A stretch of DNA of 44,239 bases from an uncultured Bacilli bacterium (GTDB lineage: Bacteria > Bacillota_I > Bacilli_A > RF39 > UBA660): positions 1-44,239 of the forward strand of contig CALVSH010000021.1 in assembly GCA_944358945.1 (NCBI GenBank), written 5' to 3'. Numbering within the stretch: position 1 is the first letter of the stretch; every line of letters starts with the position of its first letter. This document shows positions 1 to 9,167 of the stretch, one piece after another. The position numbers and the translations under genes were made by a program. Below the pieces are notes generated by a model. The model saw nothing but the letters and a program-made list of their open reading frames with translations. It did not search any database and was not told the DNA's origin.

Positions 1-112
1 TAATTTGTGTTACTACATTTGGTTCAACTTCAATTACAGTAACTGGAATTAACTTACCGTTCTTAGTGAACACTTGAGTCATTCCAACTTTTTTACCTAA
101 GATTCCTTTCAT
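1..112 (-). CDS. rplC: 50S ribosomal protein L3, 5' part (runs off the window)
   Basis: Manual translation [37 protein letters not shown]; AGGAGG RBS; directly downstream of rpsJ. Confidence 0.97.
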   Translation of the reverse strand, partial: MKGILGKKVGMTQVFTKNGKLIPVTVIEVEPNVVTQI

Positions 113-128
113 TATTATTTCCTCCTAA

Positions 129-440
129 TTATTTTGTTTTGATTTCAATGTTAACCCCGCTTGGTAAATCTAAACGAGCTAATGCATCAATAGTTTCCTT
201 GCTAGGATTTTTGATATCAATAAGTCTTTTGTGCGTACGCATTTCGAATTGTTCACGTGAATCCTTATATTTGTGAACAGCTCTTAAAATTGTGAATTTT
301 TCAATTTCAGTTGGAAGTGGTACTGGACCAGAAATTTCTCCACCTGTTCTTTTGATAGTTTCAACAATTTTAGTCACTGCATTATCAAGAATTCTGTGAT
401 CATATGATTTTAATCTAATACGAACTTTTGATGTTGACAT
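129..440 (-). CDS. rpsJ: 30S ribosomal protein S10
   Basis: [13 protein letters not shown]...GPVPLPT...[21 protein letters not shown] signature. Confidence 0.99.
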   Translation of the reverse strand: MSTSKVRIRLKSYDHRILDNAVTKIVETIKRTGGEISGPVPLPTEIEKFTILRAVHKYKDSREQFEMRTHKRLIDIKNPSKETIDALARLDLPSGVNIEIKTK

Positions 441-556
441 TAAAAATCCTCCCTTCGCCTATATCTAGTATAGACTTGCTCCGTGCAAATAACCCGATAC
501 GTAGTTAACAACTTAACCTGGTGTATCGACAACCTCGCACATCTAAGCAGTCACAC
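441..556 (-). ncRNA. Structured 5' leader of the S10 operon (putative cis-regulatory RNA)
   Basis: About 115-nt, relatively GC-rich UTR with a nested hairpin CGATAC..GTTAA-GTTG-TTAAC..GTATCG (495-528); GAGGTTG and CACGGAG motifs resemble the Bacillales rpsJ leader as I recall it. Confidence 0.65.
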
Positions 557-563
557 GTACTTA

Positions 564-592
564 ATTATAACAAGTAATATCAACAAATGCAA
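564..592 (-). promoter_or_regulatory. sigma-A promoter of the S10 operon
   Basis: TTGCAT-N17-TATAAT with extended TG. Confidence 0.8.
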
Positions 593-611
593 GCAATTTT
601 TTACTTTTTTT

Positions 612-643
612 AAAAAAAATTCTCAGTTTTTCTGAGAACTTTT
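612..643 (-). terminator. Rho-independent terminator after ORF 673-1161
   Basis: TTCTCAG-N5-CTGAGAA stem followed by a T run on the minus strand. Confidence 0.7.
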
Positions 644-672
644 CTTATTATCATCTAAACAATTTTGAATGA

Positions 673-1161
673 CTAGATTTTCTTTTTTTGGGATTGCATT
701 CGACTTTGATACTTTATGTCATTAAAAATTAGGCTATAAGATACTTTATCATCGTTATTACTATTATATCCTCCCTCTGATTCTAAATATTTTTTTAATG
801 GTACTAAAACATTATCTCTATCATATAAAATCTTACCATTTGGTAATTCTTTTAAATCTATCGCACTAACGTTTGTACACCCTACTTTAATCATCTCACT
901 TGGTAAACCAATCTTTTGGCAATTCTGTTCGCTATCGATATTTACATATTTAGTATCTTTGGATACATTATCATCATGTATTTCTACAAATTTGAATGTA
1001 ATATCTCTTTCTGGAGTTAGTGGTGTAACAACATATATTCCAACTACTTCCTTGGCTTTCCATGGATCCCTTTTTATTTTATCAATTTCCTCACTTGCAA
1101 TTGTTGAAATATCATCCATTGCTTTTTTATAAAGTTGATAAGTTCTGTCTTCACTTTCCAT
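673..1161 (-). CDS. Hypothetical protein, possibly a degenerate Pol-beta-like nucleotidyltransferase fold
   Basis: 162-aa ORF with RBS; VVGIYVV strand and GKILYDRDN motif typical of minimal NTases, but no GS or DxD catalytic motif. Confidence 0.55.
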   Translation of the reverse strand: MESEDRTYQLYKKAMDDISTIASEEIDKIKRDPWKAKEVVGIYVVTPLTPERDITFKFVEIHDDNVSKDTKYVNIDSEQNCQKIGLPSEMIKVGCTNVSAIDLKELPNGKILYDRDNVLVPLKKYLESEGGYNSNNDDKVSYSLIFNDIKYQSRMQSQKKKI

Positions 1162-1272
1162 TTTCTTTTCCTTTGCATATATTTTTTGTGTCGATTATTG
1201 TTTTTTTATCCTATTATATATGCCTTTCCTTTCTCTTTTTGGCTTGTATTATAACATATTTTATTTTTTATT

Positions 1273-2502
1273 TCAATCTTTTTCATTTCTTTTGGATTTT
1301 GGAGCTCCTATAATTTTTAAAGATGCAGGAGCAACAATACTTTTTCCAAACTTTTGATTGATGTCATCGATTGTTTTTTGAATTTCTTCTTCTTGTGTTT
1401 CTTCTTCATTATCTGCATCATCAAAGAGACTTATTTGTTTTTCTTTTGTTTCTTTTAAATCTGCTAGTCTTACCCCAATTAGACGAATTGGGTCTTTTTT
1501 GTAACTAGTTTCAAATATTTTTATGACTAGTTTATAAATCTCTTTTGTACTTTTTGTCAAATATGGTAACTTGGCTTGTGCTGAATAATTTTGAAAGTCA
1601 TTATTTTTATATATGATAGCTACTGTCTTAGCATATTGTTTTTGTTTTCTTAACTCTCTTGTCACATCTTCTGTTTGTCTAAATAATATTTCTTTTAATT
1701 CGTCTTCGTCTGTAACATTGTGATTTAGTGTCTCCGTCGTGGAAATACTGGTTGTCTTGGAACTTCTTGGAGCTACCTTGGTGTTATCGATACCGTGAGA
1801 AGCTTCTTTTAAATACTTGGCCTGACTTTTAAACTTTCTTTCTAGTAGTTTGTCGTTTGCAAAAGCTAAGTCTTTAATCGTATAAATATTTAGTTTATTT
1901 AGCTCTTCCTTGGTTCTTTTTCCTACCATAAATAAATCCCCTACGTCTAAAGGCCATAGTTTTTCTTCGATTTCCTCTTTTAAAAGGGTATGAACTTTAT
2001 CTGGTTTTTCAAAATCTGATGCCATCTTGGCACACAATTTGTTATTTCCTATTCCAATATTAACGGTAAAGCCAAATTTATTTTTGATATCATCTTTTAT
2101 TTTTAGAGCCAGTTGATAATAATCCTTATATAAATATTTGGTACCTGTCATATCTAGAAAGCATTCATCGATAGAAAATTGTTCTAGTACAGGTGAATAT
2201 CTGGATAAGTATTGAAATAAGGCTTTTGATTGTTGATAATACCAATGATAATTTGGAGGAAACATTTGTAGTGATGGACATTTTTTCTTAGCTTGATAGA
2301 TGGTTTCTGCCGTTTTTATACCATACTTTTTAGCAACTGGGGACTTAGCAAGAACGATACCTCGTCTTTCTTTTTCAGAACCTCCTATTATAGATGGTAT
2401 TGTTCTGATATCTGTTTTATAACCTTGTTTTAATAATAAAACAGCAGTCCATGATAAAAAGGCATTGTTTACGTCTATGTGAAAAATCAATCGTTCTTTC
2501 AT
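1273..2502 (-). CDS. dinB: DNA polymerase IV (Y family)
   Basis: FHIDVNNAF, SIDECFLD, AKMASDFEKPD motifs; C-terminal clamp-binding QISLF. Confidence 0.95.
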   Translation of the reverse strand: MKERLIFHIDVNNAFLSWTAVLLLKQGYKTDIRTIPSIIGGSEKERRGIVLAKSPVAKKYGIKTAETIYQAKKKCPSLQMFPPNYHWYYQQSKALFQYLSRYSPVLEQFSIDECFLDMTGTKYLYKDYYQLALKIKDDIKNKFGFTVNIGIGNNKLCAKMASDFEKPDKVHTLLKEEIEEKLWPLDVGDLFMVGKRTKEELNKLNIYTIKDLAFANDKLLERKFKSQAKYLKEASHGIDNTKVAPRSSKTTSISTTETLNHNVTDEDELKEILFRQTEDVTRELRKQKQYAKTVAIIYKNNDFQNYSAQAKLPYLTKSTKEIYKLVIKIFETSYKKDPIRLIGVRLADLKETKEKQISLFDDADNEEETQEEEIQKTIDDINQKFGKSIVAPASLKIIGAPKSKRNEKD

Positions 2503-2515
2503 ACTATCTCCTCAA

Positions 2516-2555
2516 GAACATTATAAAATACTTTTATTTGTGTTGCAATCGAACA
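2516..2555 (-). promoter_or_regulatory. dinB sigma-A promoter with TGTTCGATTG motif over the -35 and a second GTTC after the -10
   Basis: TGTTCGA-TTGCAA-N17-TATAAT-GTTC. Confidence 0.7.
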
Positions 2556-2583
2556 TTGAAAGATAAGTGTAGTCTTTTGGTTT

Positions 2584-2614
2584 ACATATTATTTTTTAAA
2601 ATTTGGGCATACTA
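2584..2614 (+). promoter_or_regulatory. Candidate sigF/sigG-type promoter of the XRE regulator
   Basis: ACATA-N16-GGGCATACTA; the -10 fits GGnnAnAHTR and CATACTA. Confidence 0.4.
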
Positions 2615-2629
2615 AATCCAGGTGATACT

Positions 2630-2929
2630 ATGGATAAAGAAGAAAGAAAAGAATATGAAAAGTTTTTTAAGAAAGTAGTTATTGAACATATCAGAGAAGC
2701 TAGAAAAGAAAAGGGCTGGACGCAGGCACAACTAGCAGAAGCGGTTTGTGTTTCTCATGAGTTTATACGTAATTTAGAATCTCAAAAGGGAGATGATCAT
2801 TTTTCAGCTTTTACAGTATGGTTAATTGCTCGAGCATTAGATGTTGATTTAAATGATTTATTAGATTTTGATATGGAGGCATTTCGTTCTGTTATAGAAA
2901 AAGCAATGCAAAAGAAGCATCGTCCTTAA
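2630..2929 (+). CDS. XRE-family helix-turn-helix regulator, divergent from dinB
   Basis: IREARKEKGWTQAQLAEAVCVSHEFIRNLE HTH; start moved to ATG 2630 after AGGTGA RBS. Confidence 0.85.
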   Translation: MDKEERKEYEKFFKKVVIEHIREARKEKGWTQAQLAEAVCVSHEFIRNLESQKGDDHFSAFTVWLIARALDVDLNDLLDFDMEAFRSVIEKAMQKKHRP

Positions 2930-2937
2930 GCATTGCT

Positions 2938-4440
2938 TTATTTTTCTATTAAACTTTCTCCTGTCATTTCACTTGGTTTTTCTAGACTCATTAAATCTAG
3001 TATTGTTGGAGCAATATCTCCTAATTTACCAGGATGAAGTTTTAATCCATTCTCGGTAATGATAAAAGGTACTGGATTGGTGGTGTGTGAGGTTACAACG
3101 TTATTATTGTCATCTAACATTTCTTCACAGTTACCGTGATCAGCTGTGACAATTAGTATTCCTCCTAATTCCATTACTTTATCATAAATTTTTCCTAAAT
3201 TTTTATCTACTGTTTCTACTGCTTCAATAGCAGCTTCTAATACACCTGTATGCCCTACCATATCCCCATTAGCAAAGTTAAGTATTACTAGGTCTTGTTC
3301 TGGTAATTCTTTTAATAATGCTTCTGTTACTTCATCGGCACTCATACTTGGTTTTAAATCATAGGTTGCGACCTTTGGCGATGGTATTAATAATTTCTTT
3401 TCCTTCTTATAATCTACTTCTTTTCCTCCATCAAAGAAGAAGGTAACATGAGCATATTTTTCAGTTTCTGCAATTCTTAGTTGTGATAAATCTTGCTTTT
3501 CAATGTATTCTCCTAAAATATTTGTTAATACTGGATCTGAAAAAGCATGTGGTGCTTTTACCGTATTTACTACAGGCATCATGGTAACTGTTTTTACATT
3601 AGTAAATTTTACAGTTTCCATGTCTACTTCAGTAGGATTCGTAATTGCTGTAAACAATTCACGTAATCTATCTTTTCTAAAGTTAAAGGCAATTACTCCA
3701 TCATTTTCTTCTAGTGAACCATTTTCTGTAAATTTTGCTGGTAAAAAGAATTCATCTGTTATATTTTCTTGATAACTTTTTTCTATATATTCTCTTGGAG
3801 AGTTTTGTACTTCTCCTAAATTATTAACAATAACATCATAGGCCTTCTTTAATCTGTCATAGTTATTGTCACGGTCCATAGCATAATATCTTCCACTAAT
3901 AGATGCGATTGTTCCGATTCCTAATTCACTTATTTTTTCTTCTACCTTTTCTATATAGGTGTAGGCACTCCTTGGCGGAACATCTCGACCATCGGTAAAT
4001 AGATGAAGATAAACATTATTTATTTCTTCTTCTTTACACATATCTAGTAAAGCTAGTAAATGATTGATATGTGAATGAACTCCTCCATCGCTTATAAGTC
4101 CCATTAAGTGTAGTTTAGAACCATTTTCTTTTACATGATGCATTACTTTTTTTAGTTCTTCATTATCAAAAAACTCCTGATCTTCGATTGCTTTATTAAT
4201 TAGTTCTAATGGTTGGTAAACAATTCTTCCAGCACCTATGTTCATGTGACCTACTTCACTGTTTCCCATTTGTCCTTCAGGAAGTCCTACTAATCTTCCT
4301 GATGCAGTTAATGTTGTGTGAGGATATGTTTCCCATAGTTTGGTAAAGATTGGATTGTTTGCTAGTTTTACAGCATTCCCATGAGTCTCTTCCCTTAATC
4401 CATATCCATCTAATATTGCTAATACAATTGGTTTTTTCAT
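2938..4440 (-). CDS. gpmI: 2,3-bisphosphoglycerate-independent phosphoglycerate mutase
   Basis: LAILDGYG, GQMGNSEVGH, AETEKYAHVT, DMVGHTG, TADHGN motifs. Confidence 0.98.
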   Translation of the reverse strand: MKKPIVLAILDGYGLREETHGNAVKLANNPIFTKLWETYPHTTLTASGRLVGLPEGQMGNSEVGHMNIGAGRIVYQPLELINKAIEDQEFFDNEELKKVMHHVKENGSKLHLMGLISDGGVHSHINHLLALLDMCKEEEINNVYLHLFTDGRDVPPRSAYTYIEKVEEKISELGIGTIASISGRYYAMDRDNNYDRLKKAYDVIVNNLGEVQNSPREYIEKSYQENITDEFFLPAKFTENGSLEENDGVIAFNFRKDRLRELFTAITNPTEVDMETVKFTNVKTVTMMPVVNTVKAPHAFSDPVLTNILGEYIEKQDLSQLRIAETEKYAHVTFFFDGGKEVDYKKEKKLLIPSPKVATYDLKPSMSADEVTEALLKELPEQDLVILNFANGDMVGHTGVLEAAIEAVETVDKNLGKIYDKVMELGGILIVTADHGNCEEMLDDNNNVVTSHTTNPVPFIITENGLKLHPGKLGDIAPTILDLMSLEKPSEMTGESLIEK

Positions 4441-4452
4441 AATTTGTCCTCC

Positions 4453-5730
4453 TTACATCCTGTTATCGTTTAAACAAAACATTGCATAGATAGGAATATA
4501 TCTTACTCCTTTTTTTGTTGCAAAATTGTTTTCTGTTACTCGATATGCTTCTGTTACTGTAAATTTTTTCATAAATACAGAAAGTGATTTTGCCTTTGAA
4601 TCAGCTTTTGTAATTAATTCTATCGGTATTATTTTACCCATTCTGTTTTGAATTACAAAATTTACCTCTGCTTTTCCTTCTGATTGATAGTAATAAAGAG
4701 CATATCCGGCTTCCGCTAATGCTTTAGCGATACTATTTTCATATAATATCTCTTTTACTTTTTCATCACTAAGTAATTGTTTTGAGGTTACATGAAGCAT
4801 TGAAAATAATAAGCCGTCATCAGGTAAGTATAATTTAAAACTGTCTTTTTGTCTACAACTACTTAGTGGAGATTTTATTGTTTTTACTTTATAACTTCTG
4901 TAAACAATCTGATTATTTACTAAAAAGTTAATGGTACTTTCATATTCTTTAGCTCTTCTTCCTGTTCCAATTACTCCATATTGAAATTTCTTGTTGTCTT
5001 TTTTTAATTGTTCTGGTAGAGATTCTATTACCTCTAATCCTCTTGGAATATCAATTAGATTTTTGCATGAGAATAGTTCTTTTTCATAAACTTCTAATAT
5101 CTTTTGTTTAATAATATCTATTTCTTGTTCACTTTTTCCTTGTAGGTTTGCCGATACTACTTCTGGTAGACCTCCGGTCATTAAGTATTCTTGAAATAAT
5201 TCTAAAGCAAGTTTATGAAAAGGACACGTCTTATGTTTTGTAAAGGATTCTCTAATTAATTCAGATAGAGCCTTCTCATTATGAGACCATAAGAATTCTT
5301 CGAAGTCCATGGCATTCATACTTTTAAACTGTAGTTCTTCTCCTTTAAATACATTTAGGTTTTCTCTACGAGAAGTAATTGCAATAATATGATATTTACT
5401 ATGTTCACTACCAAATAATTTTAAACCTTTTACTATTTCTACACTATCTACATTATCAAAGATTATTAAAGTATCTCCTGGTAGAATAGTTTCTCCTGAT
5501 AATAAAGATAAATTTAGTATTATACGTTCTGTTGATTTTTCTTTTTTGAATAATTCTTCTAATGGTTTATTATTACTGGTATTGAAATAAATTGTATTTT
5601 TGTAATTTGTTTTACCAAATTTTAAGGCAGAATAACTTTTTCCTACTTGTTTAGGGCCATATAAAATTAGTGGTTTTCTAATGATGTCGTTTTGCCATTT
5701 TTCTAGGAATTTATCTATTTTTCGTTCCAT
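4453..5730 (-). CDS. AAA_14/DUF4143-type ATP-binding protein with degenerate catalytic motifs
   Basis: GPKQVGKS Walker A, MDFEEFL, YLMTGGLPE, FKLYLPDDG; Walker B reads FDNVD; C-terminal EVNFV..PIEL. Confidence 0.85.
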   Translation of the reverse strand: MERKIDKFLEKWQNDIIRKPLILYGPKQVGKSYSALKFGKTNYKNTIYFNTSNNKPLEELFKKEKSTERIILNLSLLSGETILPGDTLIIFDNVDSVEIVKGLKLFGSEHSKYHIIAITSRRENLNVFKGEELQFKSMNAMDFEEFLWSHNEKALSELIRESFTKHKTCPFHKLALELFQEYLMTGGLPEVVSANLQGKSEQEIDIIKQKILEVYEKELFSCKNLIDIPRGLEVIESLPEQLKKDNKKFQYGVIGTGRRAKEYESTINFLVNNQIVYRSYKVKTIKSPLSSCRQKDSFKLYLPDDGLLFSMLHVTSKQLLSDEKVKEILYENSIAKALAEAGYALYYYQSEGKAEVNFVIQNRMGKIIPIELITKADSKAKSLSVFMKKFTVTEAYRVTENNFATKKGVRYIPIYAMFCLNDNRM

Positions 5731-5800
5731 TATCTGTACCCTCCTAACACAATTTCTAAATTAAGTATACTTATTTTTGTAATGAAAGTCAACGATTCCG

Positions 5801-5829
5801 AAAAAAAAGGCAGACCTTTTTGTCTGTCT
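5801..5829 (-). terminator. Terminator after spo0A
   Basis: AGACAGAC-N6-GTCTGCCT plus T run on the minus strand. Confidence 0.7.
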
Positions 5830-5838
5830 AAGTTCGTA

Positions 5839-6612
5839 TTAGTTAGCTAATGGTTTAGAAAATTCTAGTCTTAATTTGTCAGCAACCGTTACAATAAATT
5901 CCGAGTTTGTTGGTTTCGCTTTGTCAATATCTACACTGTGTCCAAATATTTCTTCCATTAGTTGCCAGTTACCTCTATTCCAACTTACTTCTATGGCATG
6001 ACGTATTGCTCTTTCTACACGAGATACTGTTGTATTAAATTTCTTTGCAACTTCTGGATATAGTTCCTTAGTAATTCCGCCTACCATCTCGGGATTTTCA
6101 TATACTAAAGTAATACTTTCTCTAATATATTGATAGCCTTTTATGTGTGAGGGTACTCCTAGTTCGTGTAAGGTCTTGGTGATTGCAATTTGTAAATTAT
6201 TGTGATACACATCTACTTCTTTTCCACCAAACTTTACACCTTCGGCTACTTCTAAAATTCTTTTTTCTAAATCTTCTAATTCAAAAGGTTTTAGAATAAA
6301 GTAACTGACACCTAATTCTGATACTTTACGTATCATATCTTGCGTATTATATGAAGTTAGAACAATTACCTTTTTATCAATTGCTTTCTTCTTCATATAT
6401 TCCAGTACTGCAACTCCGTCTTTATTAGGCATGATCAAGTCTAATAGAACTATGTCATACTCATCCTGTTTCTTTTCAATCAAGCGAATTCCCTCTGTAC
6501 CATCATAAGCTTCTAGCGAAATTGTGACATCGGGACGCTCTGTGAAGTATTCCTTAATCATCTCTACTAAACTCTTATTATCATCTACTACTAATACTCT
6601 TGTCTTTTTCAT
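5839..6612 (-). CDS. spo0A: Sporulation master regulator Spo0A
   Basis: Receiver domain (VDD, LLDLIMP, LKPF) plus Spo0A_C signature [44 protein letters not shown]. Confidence 0.98.
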   Translation of the reverse strand: MKKTRVLVVDDNKSLVEMIKEYFTERPDVTISLEAYDGTEGIRLIEKKQDEYDIVLLDLIMPNKDGVAVLEYMKKKAIDKKVIVLTSYNTQDMIRKVSELGVSYFILKPFELEDLEKRILEVAEGVKFGGKEVDVYHNNLQIAITKTLHELGVPSHIKGYQYIRESITLVYENPEMVGGITKELYPEVAKKFNTTVSRVERAIRHAIEVSWNRGNWQLMEEIFGHSVDIDKAKPTNSEFIVTVADKLRLEFSKPLAN

Positions 6613-6675
6613 TTATTCTCCTCTCAGTACTGCACGTATTTTCATTATATACTGCTTTTCGAAAAAATGATAGAG

Positions 6676-6707
6676 AAAAAAAAGACAAGTTTTGTCGAAA
6701 CTGTCTA
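6676..6707 (-). terminator. tpiA terminator hairpin containing a perfect Spo0A box (TGTCGAA, 6693-6699) upstream of spo0A
   Basis: AGAC-AGTTT...AAACT-T-GTCT stem plus T run; TGTCGAA read on the + strand. Confidence 0.6.
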
Positions 6708-6713
6708 ATTTGT

Positions 6714-7415
6714 CTAATTTTTTAATTTTTTTAAGAAAATTTTTAATTGTTCTGGTTTTAAACTTAGTCCACCAACTAAATATCCATCAAGATTTGGAAT
6801 ACTTTTTAATTCGTCTATATTTTTTTCATTAGCACTTCCTCCATACAATACCTTGTTATGTGGATATTTTGTTTTTATAAATTCTATTATTTCACTTATT
6901 TCTTCTGTTGTTGGTATGATACCTGTTCCAATTGACCAAATTGGTTCGTAGGCGATTACTATTTTTTGTTGTTCAACTGGTGTTAATTCTTGTAAGACTT
7001 CTTTTAAATCTTTTTCTATTACTTGTTTTTCTTGGTGAGAATTTCTTTCTTGTTCTGTTTCACCAATACATAGTATAGGTATTATATTGCAGGATAGCAA
7101 CCTTTTTACTTTGTCTTTTATTTGTTCGTTAGTCTCTTGTTGATATAGTCTTCTTTCAGAATGTCCTACTAAGCAATATAAGACATCTAGTGATTTTAGT
7201 TGGGAAGCAGATACTTCTCCTGTATAAGCACCACATTCTTTATCACTGACATTTTGTGCACCAAGTTTCATATTTGTTAAGTTTACTTTATCTAAATATA
7301 TATTACTAGGACAAAGTATTAAATCAATATCTGTTTTTATTTCTTGTAATTGTTGTTGGTAGATTGTGAACTCTTCTTTATTTAAATTACATTTATTGTT
7401 TAATGCTACTATCAT
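6714..7415 (-). CDS. tpiA: Triosephosphate isomerase
   Basis: GAQN, GAYTGE, GHSERR, AYEPIWSIGTG, YGGS, LVGG motifs. Confidence 0.97.
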   Translation of the reverse strand: MIVALNNKCNLNKEEFTIYQQQLQEIKTDIDLILCPSNIYLDKVNLTNMKLGAQNVSDKECGAYTGEVSASQLKSLDVLYCLVGHSERRLYQQETNEQIKDKVKRLLSCNIIPILCIGETEQERNSHQEKQVIEKDLKEVLQELTPVEQQKIVIAYEPIWSIGTGIIPTTEEISEIIEFIKTKYPHNKVLYGGSANEKNIDELKSIPNLDGYLVGGLSLKPEQLKIFLKKLKN

Positions 7416-7433
7416 TTTATCAATTCCCCTCTT

Positions 7434-7925
7434 TTAAATTTGATGAGAAAAAGATTTCTGGGTAGGTTTTGATTTTAAGTATATTTGTAAACTACCTTCT
7501 TTTCCTAAATTATCAAATCCTTTGTTTTTAAAATAATTAGATGATATACGACTACCTTCATCTTGTAGAATCATAATTTCTTCCATACCCAGGTTAAAAG
7601 CATATTGTTCTGCTGCTTGTAATAGTTTTTCTTGAAGTTTGGCAGTAGATGTATTATCTATATTTATTCGACAGACTTTTCGATCTTTTTCTCCTAGTAA
7701 ATGAACTGCTGTCATAATCTTTTCCTCTTGTTGTAGAAATAGTGTTTTTACTATTTCAGGTTTTTCTTGTTCTAATTGTTTATAATCTACTTCACTCATT
7801 AAGCTCATGGCCTGTTTTAGATATTCTGATGTTGCATGCGTTAAGTTATTTTCTTTTTCATATTGTTCTAGTAATTTTATATGTTCTTCTTTATAGGGAT
7901 TGGCAACTTCTATTATTTGTTTCAT
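7434..7925 (-). CDS. Hypothetical protein, GNAT-like fold (degenerate)
   Basis: LLQAAEQYAFNLGMEEIMI...NYFKNKGF resembles the GNAT C-terminal half; starts 1 nt after the pgk stop. Confidence 0.6.
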   Translation of the reverse strand: MKQIIEVANPYKEEHIKLLEQYEKENNLTHATSEYLKQAMSLMSEVDYKQLEQEKPEIVKTLFLQQEEKIMTAVHLLGEKDRKVCRINIDNTSTAKLQEKLLQAAEQYAFNLGMEEIMILQDEGSRISSNYFKNKGFDNLGKEGSLQIYLKSKPTQKSFSHQI

Positions 7926-7926
7926 G

Positions 7927-9099
7927 TTATTTTATTGCTTCCAACCCTGGTAGTTTTTTACCTTCTAAGTATTCTAAGGTTGCTCCTCCACCAGTTGAGG
8001 CGTGATATACTTTTTCTTTATAACCAGATTGAGAAGCTGCAGCAACGATATCTCCTCCACCTAAAATTATTTTAATGTTATTATCTACTACGAATTTTAG
8101 AATATGGTCTGTTCCTTGTTTATACTTTTCAAATTCGTAGACACCAAGTGGGCCATTCCAAACAGCAATACTTGCCTCTTTTAGATAGTTTTCAAATAAT
8201 TTTTCTGTACTTGGTCCAATATCTAATCCCATTTCGTTATATTCTAAATCACTAATATCTTTTACTTTATAATCTTCTTTTTCACTATACTCTGTTGTAA
8301 CAGCAACATCTACTGGTAAGACAATTTTGTCTGGATGTTCTTTTATTACTTTTTGACAGAATTCTATATTTTCTTGGTCTAATAGAGAATTACCTATTTC
8401 ATATCCTTCTGCTTTTAAAAAAGTAAAAGCCATTCCTCCACCAATTAATATTTTGTCTGCTTTTTTTACTAAGTTTTCAATGACACCAATTTTGTCTGCT
8501 ACCTTAGCTCCTCCTAATACTACTACAAAAGGATGTTTTGGATTATCTAGTTCTTGTAGCGCTGTCAATTCTTTTTCGATTAAGAAACCTACGCAAGAGT
8601 TTAAGTGAGAAGCAATTCCTACATTAGAAGCGTGAGCTCTATGAATTGTTCCGAAGGCATCATTTACAAATACATCTCCTAAAGAGGCCCAGTATGCACC
8701 TAGTTCTGGATCGTTTTTACTTTCTTTTTTGCCTTCTAAATCTTCATATCTAGTATTTTGTACTAAGATAATATCCTTTTCTTTCATGTTGTTGATAGCG
8801 TTTTCTAATTCTTCTCCACGGGTCTTATCTATGAATGTTACTGGTTGTCCAAGTAATTCTTCTAATCTCTTGGCAACTGGCGCTAGATTGTTTTTTTCTA
8901 GGTCACTTGCTTCTTTTACTCTACCTAGATGGGAAAATAAAATTACCTTGGCATTTTTTTCTAGACAATATTTTATCGTTGGTAATGCTGCGGTAATTCT
9001 GGTGTCGTCGGCAATTTTCCCTTCTTTCATTGGTACATTAAAGTCGCAACGAATTAATACTTTTTTATTTTCTATATTTATATCTTTTAGTGTTTTCAT
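7927..9099 (-). CDS. pgk: Phosphoglycerate kinase
   Basis: RCDFNVP, SHLGR, NDAFGTIHRAHAS, GGAKVADK, WNGPLG, STGGGA motifs. Confidence 0.99.
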   Translation of the reverse strand: MKTLKDINIENKKVLIRCDFNVPMKEGKIADDTRITAALPTIKYCLEKNAKVILFSHLGRVKEASDLEKNNLAPVAKRLEELLGQPVTFIDKTRGEELENAINNMKEKDIILVQNTRYEDLEGKKESKNDPELGAYWASLGDVFVNDAFGTIHRAHASNVGIASHLNSCVGFLIEKELTALQELDNPKHPFVVVLGGAKVADKIGVIENLVKKADKILIGGGMAFTFLKAEGYEIGNSLLDQENIEFCQKVIKEHPDKIVLPVDVAVTTEYSEKEDYKVKDISDLEYNEMGLDIGPSTEKLFENYLKEASIAVWNGPLGVYEFEKYKQGTDHILKFVVDNNIKIILGGGDIVAAASQSGYKEKVYHASTGGGATLEYLEGKKLPGLEAIK

Positions 9100-9167
9100 G
9101 TCTATCCTCCTATCTCTTTCAGTATAACATTTTTCAGAATGAAAAAAAAGAAGTGGTTCTCCTTTTT

